From the NCBI RefSeq assembly GCF_963676685.1, contig NC_092347.1:66402001-66466000 (forward strand): 64,000 bases of DNA, given 5' to 3'. Both the position numbers and the translations under genes were made by a program. The DNA comes from Mytilus edulis (lineage: Eukaryota). Positions 25,890 to 40,145 of the stretch are shown here, piece by piece. The first letter of the stretch is position 1. Each line of letters begins with the position of its first letter. The notes under the pieces are model-generated. The model searched no databases, was not told where the DNA came from, and saw only the letters and a list, made by a program, of their open reading frames with translations.

Positions 25890-26340
25890 TTTGCTGATCC
25901 ATTATCTTACAGAAAACAAAGGATTAGGGTATGTAGGTGTTCTACTGATCCGTTATTTTACATATGAATGCAAAGTAGTTGATAATGAATGTGCTCTCCC
26001 ATTTATCCGTAATATTGCAGGCGAACACAAAATAGCTTGCCATGAAAGTACTACTGATCTGTGATCTTAAAGGGGAACACAAAATGTAAGGATGTGCATA
26101 CTAATCCGTGATCGTATAGGTAAACATAATGTAACATACCGTGTTAAAGTTCTTCCACTGAATCATTATCGTTATGTATTAAAGTAGCAGGTTATAAAAT
26201 TGTTCCTGCACTGATTTCTGAAAGAACAGAAGAATACCACAAAGCAGGTCACACTTATGTTTTGTTAATATGTTATCTTACAGAAGTACCAAAGTAACTG
26301 GTCAAGAAGATTTTATCCGACTGATATGTTACCTCAGTCT
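25890..26340. repeat. Old degenerate minisatellite (~50-58 bp unit, ~9 copies)
   Basis: Recurrent ACTGATCCGTTATCTTACAG...ACAAA-like motif at ~25893, 25943, 26001, 26052, 26100, 26157, 26210, 26264 and 26320. Confidence 0.6.
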
Positions 26341-26562
26341 CTCAATATAATTTTAGCACCAACGACTGTGTGTATGCTTGTTGAATGCCATTGTATGTTG
26401 TACTATTCTTTGTGTTAATTTCTAAGACAGCAATTGGGACTACAGACAATTTATAGGCTGGTGTAGTCTAATTTTTGTATCCTCTGTTTGCATTATTTAG
26501 AGGCAGCATTGACGTAATGTATTAATTTCCATAATGTAACGATAAAAAACCCAGAAATAAAC

Positions 26563-27122
26563 ATTATACAATTAGTGTCTTTGTATGAGGTCGATACCAG
26601 GATATATGGAACTGAAAGAAGTATATTGAATGATGACGAAGTCCGAGGTCGGTAAACTTATTTGGGTCGATATATCCTGTATTGACCTTATACAAATGCT
26701 ATAACTGTTATATAATTATTTCAGACCATATTTGTATGAAAATCGTGAGTGAATTATATTCTCTATTTTTCAATCATTGAATTGTGTTGGAAATTTTTAG
26801 ATATCATATTTTCACTTTGAGAATAACTACATATTAGTTGTTATTTTAAATTTTGTAAATGCTTTTTGGTGTATATCTTATATACTTAATTGTTTTTTTT
26901 TCCAAATAATCTATCATAAATATACACTTTGTAAAATCTTTTAACAATATCATGAACTTCATTAAATGACGTCACAAAGTATATCGGTTGGTTAGATATT
27001 CTTAAAATAACCGTGCAATATCACTTTTGCTATCCTCTGTTTTCTATCTACCTTCAAAAATATGTGACTACATGTATCCATGAACAAATCAAATTAGTGA
27101 AATTATACGAATTAATAATATT
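26563..27122 (+). mobile_element. Diverged solitary copy of the ~555-bp hairpin element
   Basis: Colinear with 165-720 from ATTATACAA through GAATTAATAATATT, showing the unit is dispersed. Confidence 0.8.
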
Positions 27123-28793
27123 TTAAAATATGAAACGACTGGTGTTGAAGTTACAATTAACTACAGCATCCATTTAAATCTATTAGGTTAGAAGAAGTAT
27201 TTAATGTTGTTCATGTGTTTTTGGCATGTTTTAGTTGAGGATGGGATTATGTTCATTATCTATCAATCTGCGTAACGTTTTCGTGCTACGACAGTTTTAT
27301 TTTGTTTAGTCACTATGAATCATTATATTGTGTTCATAATTATGAATGTAGATTATGTCATATGACAAGGTTTGTCTGACCCTGTCCTTCTTGTTAGATG
27401 ATCAATGTTATGGTTTCCTAAGTAGTTTACCATTTAACCAAGACGTGAAAAACAACAATATATTTGGTTTTTAAAGTCATTGTAAGTTGAACACATCTGT
27501 CTGACAGCGTTAATATGTCATGAAACGTATTTTGCGGCCTTCTTACCTTACATTGGTTTCACGTTAAGGTTAGCTTGAATGTTACATGTTTTACACCATT
27601 TTTGTTAGCATTTATATTTTTGACACTCATATAACGACCTTTAAAACATATTTGATATTAGGTTCATCAGTCATTTATAAACTTTAAGATTAGTCGTACT
27701 TTACTACCATTTACTGGATTCATTGCTCATCGTTAAGTTTTGGGAAAGTATAGTACATTTATCTTGAACGATCAACATGCTTTTGAGTTATAACATATTA
27801 ATAAGGCAAGATATCTAAGTGTTCCCACTCTAACTCATTTTTAATATATCATAAACTTCCTCCTTATATAAAATTATGTAAATGATTAGCTAATTAATTA
27901 CGCCATTACAATTTCTTTCATATGTACTTATTTGCCTGTACCAAGTCACAGTTTTCACTTGTTCTGTTGATTGATAGCGTTTGATTTTTCAGTTTTTACG
28001 GACTCCACATGTTTGAATTTGCTTTGGACGTTTTGTTATACTTTTTTGTATTTATTTTTGCTGTCTTCTTTTTTTTGTTAATTATAATTAATTACAAATT
28101 TGAGAGAGAGAACAATATCGCATTTTCTTTTCTTTTTAACTCAAATTGATTTATATATTATGTACCAGTTAAAACCATAAGCGAAAGATGCTGTTAAATG
28201 ATCAAATATTTGTTTCATTTCATCAACTAGGAGTTCTCAATCATTTTACTCAACCGAAAACATTATTTGATTTATTACTAATTTTTCATCAAGAAATTTT
28301 TCTGTTCTGTCCTTTGAAGCTTATCAAAGAAATATCCGGACTCAATTAGGAATATATCATGCAAATATTTTGAAATAAGTTCATATCAACGAGAAAGTAG
28401 GCGAAATTAGCTTTATCTGAACAAGTTGTAAATTAAACTTCACATTGGATTTTTCTTGGTCATTTTAAAGCATATTACGTGATTAGATTTATCCTTTATA
28501 TACTTTACACAGAAATGTGTCTCTTTCATTTTAAAGAATATTGCATGATTAGATATGTCCTTAATATCTTATAATTATAACAGGTCACGGATACAGATTC
28601 TTAGATTGTATTTACAAATATCTAGGAGAACTTGTATCTACAATTTAAATTCAAGATACACAAAGAACATTTGAAAAGCTTTCCGACTCTACTTTCGTAC
28701 CCTTTTATTTACTTGAAAATCATAAATATATTGATTACGCATCAAATATATAAATAAACTCATCATAGATACCAGGACTAAATTTTGTATATA

Positions 28794-28835
28794 CGCCAGA
28801 CGCACATTTCGTCTACAAAAGACTCATCAGTGACG
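28794..28835 (-). ncRNA. Type I hammerhead ribozyme in a short retrozyme-like fragment (28757-28840)
   Basis: Reverse complement CGTCA-CTGATGA-GTCT tttgt AGAC-GAAA-TGTGC-GTC-TGGCG. Core intact, stem III weakened. Confidence 0.75.
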
Positions 28836-29215
28836 CTCAACCACACTAGCGACATAAAAATTGATATTATCCTTAAACACTAATTTAAGATACCATTTTT
28901 ATTATATATTACACCTAGTGCACGTTGCGTCTACACTGTCATACAAGTGAGAGATTTAGCTAGACATAAAACCAGGTGTTACCCACCATTTTCTATATAC
29001 GAAAATGTCTTTACCAAGTCAGGAATATGACAGTTGTCATCCATTCGTTTGATGTATTTTAGCTTTTACATACTTTCTGTTTTGAATTTTCACTCAGAGT
29101 TCAGTATTTTTGTTATTTTACTTTGTCATCAGTGGTGCTCGAATACATTTCTAGGAATATGATTGGTTAAAAGCGTCCTCGTGGAAACCGTGTATATTTG
29201 ATATTAGGTTTGTTG

Positions 29216-29335
29216 GGAGGCGGGGCTTATTTCATACACGGTTAGTAGTGGAGTTACGTCCCTTTTTATTCCATTAAGGTAATAAGGAGGCGGGGCTTAT
29301 TTCATGCACGGTTAGTAGTGGTGTTACGGCCCTTT
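29216..29335 (+). repeat. Two ~50-bp direct repeats (70-bp period) with a GC box
   Basis: GGAGGCGGGGCTTATTTCAT(A/G)CACGGTTAGTAGTGG at 29216 and 29286. Confidence 0.8.
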
Positions 29336-29588
29336 AGAAAAACAAAACAGTACTGAGAAAAAATCTTAAAGGTTTCAACAGACAAAAAAAAAAAAGTGAT
29401 GATACAGTGAAATAAATTCACAAAACACATTTAAATCTAACAAGTTGTCATTGTTGGCATCTGTTTTTATAGGATCAAAGGAAGTAGTTTCTTAATCATG
29501 TTAATGCTAACTGTATTGAAGACTTCCTCATTTTGATAGGTCACTAGTCTAAATTTTACACGTTAAGATAGTCGGTAAGATAAATTCG

Positions 29589-29725
29589 TTACATAGTGTG
29601 CTAGTGACGTAATACGGTAAATATGGGGTCAGTAAATTCCATAGGGGTATTCGAGCTTCGTTCTCACCACATATGGAATTTATTGACCCATATATACCGT
29701 ATTAGGTCACTAGCACACTATGTAA
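29589..29725. repeat. 137-bp foldback hairpin (MITE-like)
   Basis: TTACATAGTGTGCTAGTGAC...AATTCCATA pairs with TATGGAATT...GTCACTAGCACACTATGTAA. ~55-bp arms with few mismatches. Confidence 0.85.
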
Positions 29726-32580
29726 ATAATACAATGCAGTTTTCTTCGAAGTCCATGCTGAATCATGGCGGGCTTCCACTTACAATATTTTAAATGTTTT
29801 TAGTTCTTACTCATTTCTTTAATAAAAGGTAGTTTTTTGCAACTGTGCAATTCAAGCTTTTTAACTGATATATAACGAAATTCGTTTCATAAAACTCGAC
29901 AACAAAATATTCAAGGTCAAGTGGAATAAGATATGCCGTTTTGCTTCTAACATTTATTCATTTTTCCATGAAAAGTGAACTAAGTCAATTTAATTCCCAT
30001 TTTTATACATCAAGAAAGATGAAAAACAACATAGCTGTCAAAATGTGTTCGTTTATGTAATGTTTATTGCATGTCACTGAAGTAACAAACAGAACCATTA
30101 TATCTGTTGTTTTGTAATTTTTAAGAACCAGAAAGGTTAATATGACATTTTGCAATACTATATCTGGTTTTTCTCTTGAGCTATTTAAGGCAACGATTGA
30201 CCAATTTTGTATGCAATCTCTTATATTATACATTTATTTAATAGTCATTAATTTTAAATTGTCTCAATGTTATTATGGGCTGTGTTTTAAATTGAACTTG
30301 AATTAAGATTTAAATTTTAAATCAATATGCATTTTTTGCTACTTACTTATATGAATATTTATCATATTAAAAGACAGATACATGATGAGACCAATTATGG
30401 GAACCCTGAACATACATAAATTTTGTTCAATACGTTATCAATTCAGCTAGCTTTAACTATGAATCAAAAAGGTGGTTAAAGCCTGAAATTAAATACAGAT
30501 ATATCAGCTGTTATGTAAATGTGATGTCATAAAGAAATTGAAAAAGGACCTGTTTCACATAAAATGACCATGTTAGACATAAAGTCAAAATGAGCTTAGA
30601 CATACTGAAAACAGATATTTCACCCAAATTTTCATCTTTCTGTTCGAAATATTTAAAGTACCTGTATATATTTTTGAAGTAAGACATTGGATCATAACTA
30701 AATATTAAAGACAAATTCATATAATCAGGCTACTGTGACAGTTGTTGCAGCTTTGTACGGAAAGCCATCAAACAAATTTGACACACTTAATCCAAAATAT
30801 TTATACAATTGAGTACTCATATCGGAAACACTTTTGTCTGATATTAATATCTGAACGGTGTTATTTGGTAGATATATCATACGTTGTTTTTTTTTTTAAT
30901 TTCTACTTAAGTTTTGAGAACGCAAAATTGTAATCCTGCTATTTATGATCAGTTTATTTACCGATGTTAAAATCTTGTAAAACCATTGAGAAACGACAAA
31001 TCTAGTTAATTAAAACTTAGTTGTTTGCATACACTCTAAATGAATCGAGACTGAGTGCGTCGACACATCAAGTGTCTTCTATATATGCACCTGCAAACAT
31101 ACGAATCCATAGTAAGCCAAAATGTCACAGTCGGTAAAAGGACACTATATGTAATCGGACACAATTGGTAAATAAAAGACTATAGGATTTTACTTTCATC
31201 TAAAGATCTAAGACCGAACAAACATGTGAATTGGGACACTTAATCGTCGTGTTGGCCAACCGATAAATGATGGTGAAAATAATTGAACCAACGTCAATTT
31301 CTGAGAAACAGATGACATAACATGATGTGTGTTATTCCTAATAATTTTCATTTAGTAGTTTTATACAACTGAATGACTTTTACATTATTTGACTTTTTAC
31401 ATTATTGTCATATTTCCCGATTTTACTGGTCTGCTTGTCAATGCAAATATTTATTTCCGTTTTGGGAATTAGTAACACATATTTATCTCCGTTCCAGAAT
31501 AACAATTCTTAACCAGAAACGTTTCAGTGAACATTAAATATAAATGATTATATTGTTCGACTGTCTGGCATTTATGTATTTAAATATATATATATATATA
31601 TGTGTGTTTTCGTTAAATTATAGCGATAATCTTTGGTTTATATGATTCAGGTGTAGAATCATTAAACTACATTAACGATACATCCTTTTATATATAATAA
31701 TAAAAAAATGACCAAAGGTAGATTGAAAATCTAAATGACGTCGAAATCATAATTCAATGAACTTAACAAAATTGGGGAGGCAATTGTACTTAACAAAGTT
31801 AATCGACAACAATGTTAACCACAAGATTTACCGTCTATCTAAAGTAACCATTGAACGATGAAGGACGCTACTGGTGTCAATATGTATCTAACTGACTGTT
31901 ATGACTTTAAATAAATACAGTTCACATTCAACGAGTCTCCTAAAATGCTTTACAAAATGCTTTGAAGAAAAGGTTGGATCAGATATGCACTCCCCCAAAA
32001 AATATTGTTTTACATAAACAGTAAGAACAAGGTGATTCATCTATACGGTACTCGTGGACAGTTGAATATGTATAGTTAAAACTCAAGTTTGGAACATTCA
32101 GATCCAATCATAACCCGATATCATATACTCTGAAAGTTTAGGCAAATCTTTACTCTCCCAGTGACAGTAAAGTCTTGTAGAATTAAATAGGTTGGTCAAA
32201 TTATTGAATGTATTAAAAGACAAGACTTAGACTTTTTTAAGGTCTGTCCTATATGACACAAAAATAATTCAAACTCATTTTGGGGAAAATTGAGCTTAGT
32301 TGTGGTAAATATTTAATAAGACTCATGCAGACAGTCAGAAAAAAGTAACATAGGATACATTTATAAATATGATTAACGTGTACATATAGCATTTCTATTC
32401 AACACAGATAAAAGAGAGGCATATGACGTCTTGGCAAAAAGCTCAAAAACACAATAGGAGACCACAAATCCCGCCACATTGAATGCAATCTTGTCAACAT
32501 GGAGAAACCTTATTATAAGACAGATTGGTGTTCATCTACATGAGCTTTCTTTCTAATCCAGTATATCTGACGAGTGAATG

Positions 32581-33228
32581 AAAGAGGGACGAAAGATACC
32601 AGAGTCGCAGTCAAACTCATAAATTGAAAATAAACTGACAACGCCATGGCTAAAAATGAAAAGGACAAACAGACAAACAATAGTACACATAACACAACAT
32701 AGAAAACTAAAGAATAAACAACACGAATCCCACCAAAAACTAGGGGTGATCTCAGGTGCTCCGGAAGGGTAAGTAGATCCTGCTCCACATGTGGCACCCG
32801 TCGTGTTGCTTATGAGATAACAAATCCGGTAAATAGTCTAATTCGGTAGGTCACATTTATGAAAGGGAAGGGGATTGTAGTTACGACGTAATGAACATAT
32901 CCGATATCATTTGTGAAACGGTTATTCCATAACGGTCAACCAACTCGTAATGGCGTCCGTAAAATTTACGAAGAGATGATTTCAACTTCACCATTTGGAA
33001 CTCTTGATTTAATAGCTTCCTTGTGAGCAACAACCCTCTATCAAGAAAATAATGATAGGAAATGAAAGCACGAGAATATCGTATTAATTGGGAGGTATAT
33101 ACACCGTATTCAGGTGCTGTTGGTATGTTGCTACTTAGAAATGGAAAGTTCACAATTTGAAAGCCGAAATAATTTCTTTTGTCGTAAAGTTTTGTTTTCA
33201 ATTGACCCTCATTGTCAATTTCTAGACA
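32581..33228 (-). mobile_element. 5'-truncated Penelope-like retroelement: RT C-terminal/thumb region plus 3' non-coding tail
   Basis: ORF 32881-33270(-) contains LEIDNEGQLKTKLYDKR..F.IVNFPFLSSNIP.AP.YGVY.SQLIRYSRA, typical of PLE RT thumb regions. The 3' tail is the repeat at 14116, 36481, 46919 and 48316. Confidence 0.75.
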
Positions 33229-36163
33229 TGCACTTTGTGACCAAGAAGGAAAAGGGAAAAAGATTGGCACTTTTTTTTTTAACTAAAGGACAATATGAAT
33301 TTTGAAGTTACCAAGTCATTCAACGATGAAATGGAAGCCGTATTGCAAATTAAAAAAAATAATCATTAAGAAATCTAACTATTAAGATCAGAGATTAAAA
33401 TGTCAAAATGACAACGAACCCGGAAAAAAATGCAATATATGGACAGGAAGATAGTTGTTAGGATGAGGGACACTTTTAAAGATATTTTTCAAAGCAAAAG
33501 AAGCCTGAAGGGCAAACGCCAGACACAAAGCTTTGAATTAGAGTGAACTGAAAGTTACAGGTACGACTAAGTGCCCGACAACAGCAGAAATTACAAGAGA
33601 AAATATACTTTAGAATTGTATGTTTATTCTAGGGAACGGGAAAAGGTAATACAACGTTATCTGTGTATCACTAGATAACCTCGAATTCACTGCAAACTAA
33701 ACTGATTCATCCGAATCAAACATTAACTTAAACTGCAAGTATATTTCCCTTAAGTTTTATAACAAACTATAAATTGAAATTTAAGATTTTTTTTAATGAA
33801 AGTATATTTTATAAAGATAACGTCAGAGCCAACATCTGTTGAAATAAAGTTTTTTATATTCTACATTTTCGGTTAGTCAAAGAAGCAATGAATAAAATTC
33901 TCAGTTAAAAGCTGCAAAGTTATAGAATATATACTACCAGTAATATGAACATCAGTGCTTGCGTCTACTTACTACTCCTAACTTTACACATTATTTATAA
34001 TTTGAAGAAAACAAACAAATCTGATAATTTCTGTTATAATTTGATTTTGTCAAAATACAAACTATAACATTCACTGATCTACTTGTTAAAATAAATATTC
34101 TTTTTCGTTTCATAATTGCAACAAATACGTATCATTGTTCCATCCATACAAGTTAATTCGAGAAAGGTGTTGCAAATTGACGATGGCTACACCTAGACAG
34201 TGTTGCTGGAATTGTTTCACATTAATATTGCAAGAGAAATGTATTTGTTTCTATCAATTCCATAATCGATAGGATTTTAGGTGTTAGTACATGCATTAAA
34301 TCTATGTACATCTGTAACAGACAACTCTTATTTTATTTGAAAACGTGCAGATATTAATCAGCATGAAAGATTAATGAAAAAAATCATTATGAATTCTGAT
34401 ATGTCTATGATGCTAATTTGCTAGATTAAAATATGATTTTTTTAGTCTATTATGATATCTCAACCTTGTTTGGAGTGAATGAACTGTGAAGATTGCTGCT
34501 GTCATTCAGTGTGCATCAGAATTAACATGGCTGTTGTTTAGTGAAAATATGAAAACAAGTAATACCATTATAATTTTATATTTAACATTTCAACAAGATG
34601 TTATGTAACAATCAATAGTTTGCCAATTTTAAAAACAATGCACTTTTTAGCAAATCCGTGAACAAATTAGAGTGCATTTTTTTCTAACCAAAATTTTGTA
34701 AACATTGTGTTGCGTTTGTTATCGTTTGGTAAACGCAATAAAAGTAGAAACAAATACATCGTTTAACCAGTGTTTACTAACCATGTTTGAACTTTCAATA
34801 ATGCTTTTATTAAATGCGGTTCCTTCAACCAGCATACATAATAAATATCAAGACTTTACACCATTTATTCTATTTCATATATATGAAGGATGTTGCCTAT
34901 CATTAAGATTATTACTTATATTGTTTCTAGATTTTTGCTTATACTGTTAAAGCATGGGACCCGAGAACATAGTTATTTCGAAATGCATTTCTTTTAGACA
35001 ATGAAATCAAATCAAAAATATTGCGCCTGCTCTATCGCATTTTGTTTTTGCAGTGTAGTGTACAATCATTGGGACAAAAAAACATCAAAATTATAGAAAA
35101 GTCTACCAGATCTAACTCAAAATATTGACAATTGCTGTGTTCAAGGAGTCTAAAATTCAGATTGAGCGTTTCAGACATACTAATTTTTGACCTTATTTTA
35201 ACTAGACCAAATCACTACTTAACATAAAGATCCAGCACCCATGTTTTTAAAACATGTAATTTCATATCCTTCCTTAATATTTCATGTATCAAGTATGAGG
35301 AAAAAAATTGCAAGTTATACACTGTTACACTAGGAAAAGTAAAGTATAATAACTGTGTTTTTGGACCATGGGTCCCTTTTTCCCAACTAATGGATTGATT
35401 TAGCAAAGGTATTCTTTTATATTTTTGTAACGTATATATGCTATGATAGGCACTTGGTTGTAGATTTTACTTCATTGCTTGTCTTTTTGCAGATTGTTCC
35501 AATGTTTGTCTTAAGCGGGAAAAAAACCACGTGCAGATAATTGAATCAAAGTTAAAGTTAGAAACAAGTGTAGCGTTTGTACTAACAAGCGACGAACGAC
35601 AAACTGTAGACGCATTTTTAGCGAGTGCATAGTTTGTCAAAGTTAATGTTAACTTTGCAAACGTATGTTAGAAACAAATGATCAAAATATTGCGCGCTTA
35701 GCCGTTTGTATTGTTTGTGTTAGAAAGAAATGCACTCATATTAACAACCAAACGCAATCAAGGACGAATCGCTGAAAACAATTTGAAGTAGGATGCTTTA
35801 TGCCAAGGTAACAATTGTTGATTGTTTGAAAACAGTTCGTGATCACGTGAAAACGAAAAGATTGCAAATCAACATCTATTTCATCAAGTTTTCACGCCCT
35901 ACAGCTTTCAAAAATTTAATTTTCTTGTATTTATTGTAGTCTTTTTTTAATATGAATATTATATTAAAAATGTATGATGTGAAAATTACATACATAGTTT
36001 TAAAAGGATATTATTTGTGCATAGAAGGGTCGAATACATATCCCCATCTACTTCAGGAATAGATTACCTTAGCTGTATTTGTCAAAATCTTAAGGAATTC
36101 TTGGTCCTCAATGCTCTTCAACTCCGTACTTTATTTAGCCTTGTTAACATTTTTTTATTCGAC

Positions 36164-36205
36164 AGTCACTGATGAGTCTTTTGTAGACGAAACGCGCGTC
36201 TGGCG
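36164..36205 (+). ncRNA. Type I hammerhead ribozyme within a retrozyme-like repeat (36045-36245)
   Basis: AGTCA-CTGATGA-GTCT tttgt AGAC-GAAA-CGCGCG-TC-TGGCG. Predicted cleavage after 36200. Confidence 0.85.
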
Positions 36206-36480
36206 TAAATATAAAATTTCAATCCTGGTATATATGATGAGTTTTTTCACAGCTTTATATCGTTGTAATATTAGAATATTGTAATCTTTACAAAATGTTT
36301 TCAGGTAATTGGAAATAATAGTAAAATACTAAAGTCTGGAAAACTGAATACATCAATATCTGTAAAAAATAAATTTGGTGTAGGGAATTCTCTAGTTTTA
36401 TAGAATCAAAATTTGCAGGTTAAGGTTAAGAATAAGGTTAACGACACCGCATGATTGATAATATGTATTAAGAGAAGTTT

Positions 36481-36717
36481 CACATAAGCAACACGACGGG
36501 TGCCACATGTGGAGCAGGATCTGCTTACCCTTCCGGAGCACCTGAGATCACCCCTAGTTTTTGGTGGGGTTCGTGTTGTTTATTCTTTAGTTTTCTATGT
36601 TGTGTCATGTGTACTATTGTTTTTCTGTTTGTCTTTTTCATTTTTAGCCATGGCGTTGTCAGTTTGTTTTAGATTTATGAGTTTGACTGTCCCTTTGGTA
36701 TCTTTCGTCCCTCTTTT
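36481..36717 (+). mobile_element. 5'-truncated 3' end of the Penelope-like element
   Basis: Almost identical to 14140-14376. Confidence 0.8.
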
Positions 36718-37199
36718 ATTGTAACATCATGACCATTGATTCAAATTCTTTCATGTAGGTAATACCGACACAGTTCCAGATATAATAATTTTAATACAAA
36801 TAAAGCAGTTGCCCATAACGAAAATTCCCAAATGAAAGAGTTTGCATTATTCGAGTTATCGTTTGTCATGGGATTTAAGTTAACAAGATACAATAGATAT
36901 TAGACCCAGTCTATGTTTTTTTCAATAATCTAGTGGTTTCCCTTAAAAATATAATATATATGTAAACATTACGAGCAAATTAAGGAGATACAATAAAAGT
37001 AAAAAGTCATCGAATATGAAACATTTATGTGTAGCAACTGCTGATCAATAATATGCGAAACCATGTTTTGTTCTACATTGTAACTATTTTTGAAATGTTA
37101 TGCATACCTTATTAGAACATAGTAGATCCTATAGTATTTACTATTTAATTTATCAACAACGTGCATTCAATTCATTTTTTTTTATTTAAAAATATGCAG

Positions 37200-37248
37200 T
37201 TCAAAGCAAGGATTTGTATAGTGACACTATACAAATCCTTGTTCAAAG
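37200..37248. mobile_element. 35-bp palindrome with 7-bp TSD, candidate P-superfamily transposon excision footprint
   Basis: TTCAAAG-CAAGGATTTGTATAGTG-A-CACTATACAAATCCTTG-TTCAAAG. Perfect 17-bp arms with CA...TG termini. Confidence 0.7.
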
Positions 37249-40145
37249 TAAAAATATATTTTTTTTATTTTAATACTATTGATTGATTGTCTAATGTCTG
37301 AGTATATATTCATAAAGGTTTATAGTCTTATCAACAAGAGAAAGGTGGGGAAAAGCGACATAACAATGACTTTGCCTAAATGTCCTCTTTAATTTTTCTT
37401 CTGATGTGCACAATTTTACGGACAATATTACCAATAAGATTGTCTAAACAAGGATTTTACCACTCAGCCAGTGACAACTCTACAACAGATTTATCCATCG
37501 GACCACCAGCAGTGATAGTATACATGGTTGTGTACATTATGTATATACAACTCGTCTGAACATCAACCCAACAATGTTAGATCTGTAAATTTGCTTTCGC
37601 AAAATATATTGTTAATATGTTCATAAATATAAATATATAAAATGAAATGGATGGATACTTGTCTCATTGGCACTCATACCACATCTTCCTATATTTGTAT
37701 AATCCTTTCAATTCGTCCTGGTCTTCCATTTATTTCAAACATTTACCCAATGCCTTATGAAAATTACGTACCATAAGATTCAAACTTTGTCCTTGTTAAA
37801 ATATATTTTTTTAACTAGGAGTTGGCTCTTGGTGTCAATTTTATCGACAAAATGGTCCAAGACTACGACATATTATTCGTATATCATACATGTATGTAGA
37901 GAATTCCGTATGATAGATAAAAACAAAAAATGATGCACTACACAAACGTATCGAATATTTGATATTATATTAGTATATAATTTAATTAAGACCAGTTTTA
38001 TTTAAATATGTTCACTATCAAATCGAGTTTAACAGAATCAATTCAGACTCACATTCTATGATGAAGTTTTAATTACACATTTAAATTCAGGACTTGATAT
38101 CAGTAACAATTAAATGTCTTCTTTTGTAATAAAACCCAACAATTAATTTCGATCTACTAATGAATAGAACATAATTATTTTCATTCATGTAATAAAACGA
38201 AATAGACATTTATCAAATAGATAACGAATCGTCGATAAAAAGTAAAGTTTTTCATTAATTTAAACAATATTGTCGAAGGTAACATATGTCGTTCTATATT
38301 TTTACGTATAAATTAATTCGAAATTAATAAATCTGTAAAACATATAGTATTTCAAAGCTATATATCACGACCGTGGTATACCAGTTACAAAATTAACATT
38401 TTAATGACTAATCAGACTCGATATTGAAAGTTCCCTGCTGTTTCCGTACACGATAGCAGATCTAAATTTGTTATCATGTTATAATATAATAATATCCTTA
38501 TAAACGTGAACTACGGACTTCATGAGAGTGCTAAAAGTTCAATAGGTTACTTACTGTTATTCGTCTACATTATCATACATAGAATTCACTTGTTTAAAGG
38601 TCTTTTCTTGCGTCTTCTTTCATTCAATAGTAATTCTAAACAGATTTACAGTATCACTTTTGGAAAGGTCGTATAATTCATTATTTTATCTCGCCACATT
38701 CTGTATGTATGTGTCTGTCCCAAGTCAGGGGCATGTGACTCAGTGGTTATCGTTTGTTGTTGTTATATATTTGTTTTTCGTTTCCTTTTTGTACAATAAT
38801 TAGGCCGTTAGTTTTCTCGTTTGAAATATTTTACATTTGTCAATTAGGGGCCTTTTATAGCTGACATTGCGGTATGGCTTTGGCCATTGTTGAGGGCTGT
38901 AATATGACCTATAGTTTTTAATTTCTTTGTCATTTGGTCTCTTGTGAAGATCTCTCTCATGGAAATTAAACCACATCTTCTTTTTTTTTTTATGTTATAT
39001 ACAAAATTGATCAATTGAGAAAGAAAAGGGGATGAGGGGGATGAGTAATGTTTACCATTATGACATTGTTCATAAAATCGTTTGCTTTTTACATACTAAA
39101 AACTCCAACTAGTTCTTAACAGACAAGAACCGTTCAGTTTACGATGTTTGCTTACACAGCTAACTTTTTTCTTTAAAAAGGATACTAAAAAGGATGTGTC
39201 CGGAAAATGACAGGAAACTAAAGCGATAGTAATGTATGGACCAGGTGTCATTTATATTAGGCTATTCAAAGTAAAATAACAAAAAATCGAACTCTAAGGA
39301 AAAGTCAAAACGGAATGTCGCTTATCAAATAGCAAACTCAAAAGCTCAATCACATTAAAGTCCAATTTGGATCCATTCTTGTAATCTGTCCTTAAATTTA
39401 TATGGGGAAAGTTTGGTAAAGGAAATGCAGTTATTGTTGAATTTGTTCTATTGCAAGATGAAAATGACTAAGATTGTATCTTTGTGACAGATGTTTGAAA
39501 GGACAAGGTACGATAAGGCCGGTTTTTGGTCTAAATCTGATTTACATCGCACATTCAGTGGATGTATTACAATATGGTATAGTCCGTTTCTATGTATATT
39601 AGCGTTGTTTGTTGTTGCATCTCAGTCTTTCTGTTGTTCCGTTTTTCTTCTTCTTATAATTGATTAATTTCCCTCCGTGTTAGTTTGTAACCTGAATAAG
39701 TTTTTTTCTTAATTGATTGATGACATTTGAACAGCAGTAAACTACTGTTGCCTTTATTAACAATATTTCTGAAGCCCTTATTTGATTGCTGATTAAAATT
39801 GATGTTATAAGAGTGGAGAAAGGTTTGGCAAGTCTAGCAATATAACGTTGCTTTTCAGGACATTTATGTAACTCAGGTATCCAATGTAGTGAAGAAAGAT
39901 CTGCTTCTGCATTTCTGGTTTAAATTCAAATGGAAAATAGCACAGACCTATGACTTTTCAGGATTCCCTCTTTGTTGAGTATCGTGTCGTACATGTTGGG
40001 TGTACAAGGGAATTGCCAATACCCGCATCTAGTAGTGTAATTACTATATGATTTACACACTAAAATCTCATATTTTGGGATTATATATGTTGGGAAAATA
40101 ACATATCCGTCATGGAACTAGGAAAGATGCTTAATAATTCAGGTC

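Noticed and set aside
25890-26340. Repeat-spacer-like pattern resembling a CRISPR array
   Set aside because: Repeats are degenerate, the intervening sequences are related to each other, there are no cas genes, and the context is eukaryotic. It is an old minisatellite.
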